From contig JBEPZZ010000020.1 in the NCBI GenBank assembly GCA_041640575.1, positions 1-28,506 on the forward strand: a DNA stretch of 28,506 nucleotides. Reading direction: 5' to 3'. This stretch comes from Pseudothermotoga sp. (GTDB taxonomy: Bacteria; Thermotogota; Thermotogae; Thermotogales; DSM-5069). How positions within the stretch are numbered: position 1 is the first letter of the stretch; every line of letters starts with the position of its first letter. Below, piece after piece: positions 25,819 to 28,506 of this stretch. The notes below the pieces were generated by a model, which did no database searches, was not told the origin of the DNA, and saw nothing but the letters and a program-made list of their open reading frames with translations. Made by a program: the position numbers and the translations under genes.

Positions 25819-27018
25819 CTATTGTAAAACACGTATCAAAGTTTCCAAGCTTTTAGTTTCATTTTTCAGCTTGATTTGGCTTACGACTTTGTAAAATCCA
25901 GTTTGATTGAAAATTGAGCTGTTCCATGGATAAAACCTAAAGATCTCATAGTTCTCATAAGGAGCTAGCCATAGTCTTACAGATTGATTACGAAAAAGCA
26001 GGGTTGATGGTTCCAGGCGAACGGTAATTTCATCCAAAATTAAAAACACATCCTTAGAGCTTTGGTTCTGGACAAAAATGGAAAAAGTTACTTGATCTCT
26101 TCCTGAAATCTCTTGGGGTGCATCACTGTACAGTTTCACATTGGTTAAGTTTGATTGCGCTGAAGAAACGCAGAAAACTGGCAACGTTACCGAGCTAATC
26201 GAGTTGTTCACAAAACATTGGATGTTTAGGATATAGTTTCCAACTTCGGTCAATTTAACATTTGGGATGTCCAAGATCCTAACTTCTTTGCCTATTCCAA
26301 CATCGTTAAATTGTTGGTTTAAAACAATTTCATTCTCCATTATAACTATATTGCCACGCTTTAGACTGTACTTTACCTTTTCGATATTCAGATTTTTTAC
26401 ACTAGCTGTACTATTTCTTATATAGGCAGTCAGTGCCGCTGTTTCTCCAGGAAGATAGAAATCTAAAAGACCGTCCACAATTAACTCATACGTCTCAACA
26501 GCGGTGAAGGTTTTTTCGGCTTTCAGAATTTGATCGTCAACCTGAAGTGAGACAATAACCTTGTACTGCCCTGACTCCAAAGCTGTTATGTCTATCTCTC
26601 TGGTAAGGTCGAAAAGTAGTCTACTTGTGTAAGCTCTCAGCGTTGCTTGAACTGGCTTTTGCTGCAAAAAACTGTACAATATACCTTCACCCTTAGTTAT
26701 CTGAAAGTTGAAATTCTTTATCGTGACTGTACGATCTTTGTTGTGATTGTTATAGAGACGAACTCGTATGTCCAGCTGTTTGCTTGAAGTGTAAGGGTCG
26801 TCCAACTGAATAAAGAGTTGATTTATTTCGAAACTTTGTCCCGGCAACTGTCTATAATAAAGGCGTAAGCCAACAAAAAAAATAAACAATACAAAAACGT
26901 TCAACATTAGAAAATAAAGACCCTGTCTTCGTGAACGCCGGGTCTTCTCTTTTTCCCTATTTAGAAAGTCTTTCTCGCGCTTTCTCCATTCCTCGGGACT
27001 TCTCGAAAAATATCTCAC
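25819..27018 (-). CDS. Hypothetical bitopic membrane protein with three Ig-like repeats
   Basis: Basic N-terminus, a single TM (about aa 34-55), then three beta-rich units each with V.N...V.. and G.Y motifs. GTG start overlaps the pilB stop. Confidence 0.75.
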   Translation of the reverse strand: MRYFSRSPEEWRKREKDFLNREKEKTRRSRRQGLYFLMLNVFVLFIFFVGLRLYYRQLPGQSFEINQLFIQLDDPYTSSKQLDIRVRLYNNHNKDRTVTIKNFNFQITKGEGILYSFLQQKPVQATLRAYTSRLLFDLTREIDITALESGQYKVIVSLQVDDQILKAEKTFTAVETYELIVDGLLDFYLPGETAALTAYIRNSTASVKNLNIEKVKYSLKRGNIVIMENEIVLNQQFNDVGIGKEVRILDIPNVKLTEVGNYILNIQCFVNNSISSVTLPVFCVSSAQSNLTNVKLYSDAPQEISGRDQVTFSIFVQNQSSKDVFLILDEITVRLEPSTLLFRNQSVRLWLAPYENYEIFRFYPWNSSIFNQTGFYKVVSQIKLKNETKSLETLIRVLQ

Positions 27019-28506
27019 GGTGCGCCAGCCACCCTCAATACTTCATCAAAAGAGGTTATACCCCTCAATACTTTTTCAAAACCATCTATGAACATTGGTC
27101 TCATTCCTTTTTGTAGAGCCAAATCATATATTTCTCTTTCGCCACCCCCAGCTACAACAAGCTCCTTAACTGCACGATCCATTATCAACACCTCAGCGAT
27201 GGCGACACGTCCCTTAAAGCCTGTTCCACCGCAGTCCGGGCAACCAGGACCAGCTGTGTACTCCCGAGGCTGGATTTCCGGAAACACTTTTTTCCACAGT
27301 TCAGTGTATTCCTCTCGCAGGTCAGTTTCTACCTTGCAACTGTCACACAACTTTCTTACCAACCTTTGGCTTATCACACCCACGAGCGCGGTACTTATCA
27401 TGTGTCGATCTATACCCATATTAACTAAGCGATCAATTGCCCCAGCCGCACTATTCGTATGAAGGGTACTCAAGACAAGATGACCGGTCAATGACGCTTC
27501 AATTGCAAGAGATGCAGTTTCTTTGTCCCTCATTTCACCTATCATTATGATGTCAGGATCTTGCCTCAGGAAGGATCTAAGAAATCGTGCGAAAGTTAAT
27601 CCAATTTCGGGATTGACTTGACATTGTGTTACACCATCTATTGTATACTCAACAGGATCTTCCACCGTCACTACGTTCAAAGTTATATCTTTCAGCTTAT
27701 TGATCATCGCAACTAAAGTGGTTGATTTTCCACTACCAGTTGGACCTGTAACTAAGATTATTCCATGTGGTCTGTTAAGTAGCTGAAGAATATGCTTGTA
27801 ATTGTAATCGCTGTAACCGAGTTCTTCTAACTGTCTGTATGCTCCAGAGACTTTCAGGATCCTCATCACGATTTTTTCACCGTAGACTGAAGGCATTGTA
27901 GAAACACGAAAATCATATTGTTCGCCCTTGATGTTCATATAGAACTTGCCATCTTGTGGCAACCTTTTTTCTGATATATCTAACCCAGACATAATCTTTA
28001 TTCTTGTAACTATCGCCGGGTGTTGACTTCTTGGAATATCAGTTATTTTTCTCAACAATCCATCAATTCTGTATCTGACACGCACATATGCTCTGAACGG
28101 TTCTATGTGAATATCACTGGCTTCCATTTCAACTGCTTTGTGAATCACTGTATTAACTAACCTAACGATTGGTGCATCGGCTTCTCCTAAAACTTCTTCC
28201 TCCACTGGTTCCGGTTCTATTTCAACAGGCTCAGCTCTTATCTCTTCAGCAACTGCCATTGGTGCTCCTTGAATATGCTGAGCGTAAAGAATCGAGTAAA
28301 CATTTGGTGTGACAAGATACACAACGGGATTATTACCGGTCAAGAATTTGACCTCATTAACTATTCTGGGATAATTGTAGACAGAGTCTGTAATCACAAC
28401 CAGCGAGTTATCCTGCTTACCAATTGGGATTATTCTTAATTCGTCTACCATAGCTCTTGGAATGTTTCTTAGAACCTCAACATCGATTGCCCTTGGGATA
28501 TCCTTC
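27015..28506 (-). CDS. pilB: PilB/GspE type IV pilus or T2SS assembly ATPase, 5' end outside the window
   Basis: ASDIHIEP, RLPQDG, GPTGSGKST, EDPVE, LRQDPDIIMIGE, STLHTN and a tetra-Cys motif (CDSC, CPDC). The frame stays open upstream of ATG 28451 to the window edge (KDIPRAIDVEVLRNIPRAM). Confidence 0.9.
   Translation of the reverse strand, partial: KDIPRAIDVEVLRNIPRAMVDELRIIPIGKQDNSLVVITDSVYNYPRIVNEVKFLTGNNPVVYLVTPNVYSILYAQHIQGAPMAVAEEIRAEPVEIEPEPVEEEVLGEADAPIVRLVNTVIHKAVEMEASDIHIEPFRAYVRVRYRIDGLLRKITDIPRSQHPAIVTRIKIMSGLDISEKRLPQDGKFYMNIKGEQYDFRVSTMPSVYGEKIVMRILKVSGAYRQLEELGYSDYNYKHILQLLNRPHGIILVTGPTGSGKSTTLVAMINKLKDITLNVVTVEDPVEYTIDGVTQCQVNPEIGLTFARFLRSFLRQDPDIIMIGEMRDKETASLAIEASLTGHLVLSTLHTNSAAGAIDRLVNMGIDRHMISTALVGVISQRLVRKLCDSCKVETDLREEYTELWKKVFPEIQPREYTAGPGCPDCGGTGFKGRVAIAEVLIMDRAVKELVVAGGGEREIYDLALQKGMRPMFIDGFEKVLRGITSFDEVLRVAGAP

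Noticed and set aside
858..27462. Remaining short antisense or alternate-frame ORFs in the track (e.g. 1345-1812, 12290-12631, 17052-17435, 20540-20842, 25207-25617, 27088-27462)
   Set aside because: They are nested in genes with strong family motifs and have shadow-ORF composition.

Overview
Core-genome-like bacterial window of about 39% GC (estimated by eye). Gene content, GGAGGTG Shine-Dalgarno (SD) sites and Cys-less BMP signal peptides suggest Thermotogota, possibly Pseudothermotoga-like (inference). In order: a ~550-bp non-coding leader; a + strand housekeeping run (plsY, DUF4911-like, yqeG, yqeH, pduL, a ThiS/TtuB-like small protein, an M20 amidohydrolase, a YdcF/DUF218 protein); a - strand pair (Ddl-like ATP-grasp ligase, CoA-binding protein); a nucleoside salvage operon (nucleoside hydrolase, nucleoside phosphorylase, BMP-type ABC transporter 1); an RsuA-family pseudouridine synthase; a membrane protein split by one in-frame TAA; BMP-type ABC transporter 2; a 436-bp non-coding gap; and a - strand run of PilB/GspE ATPase, a triple-Ig-like membrane protein, MutS2 and a long FtsA/PilM-like protein. 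I found no tRNA, rRNA, CRISPR array or mobile element, and no clear-cut new multi-gene system. The best leads are: (i) strong SD sites pointing at near-cognate codons (ATA for mutS2, ACG for the Ddl-like gene); (ii) the same two-state hairpin/anti-SD layout between the binding-protein and ATPase genes in both ABC operons; (iii) the pilB-Ig-mutS2-ftsA-like run, whose FtsA-like tail carries repeated beta-grasp-like motifs; (iv) the split membrane protein; (v) a ubiquitin-like protein ending in -AG rather than -GG.
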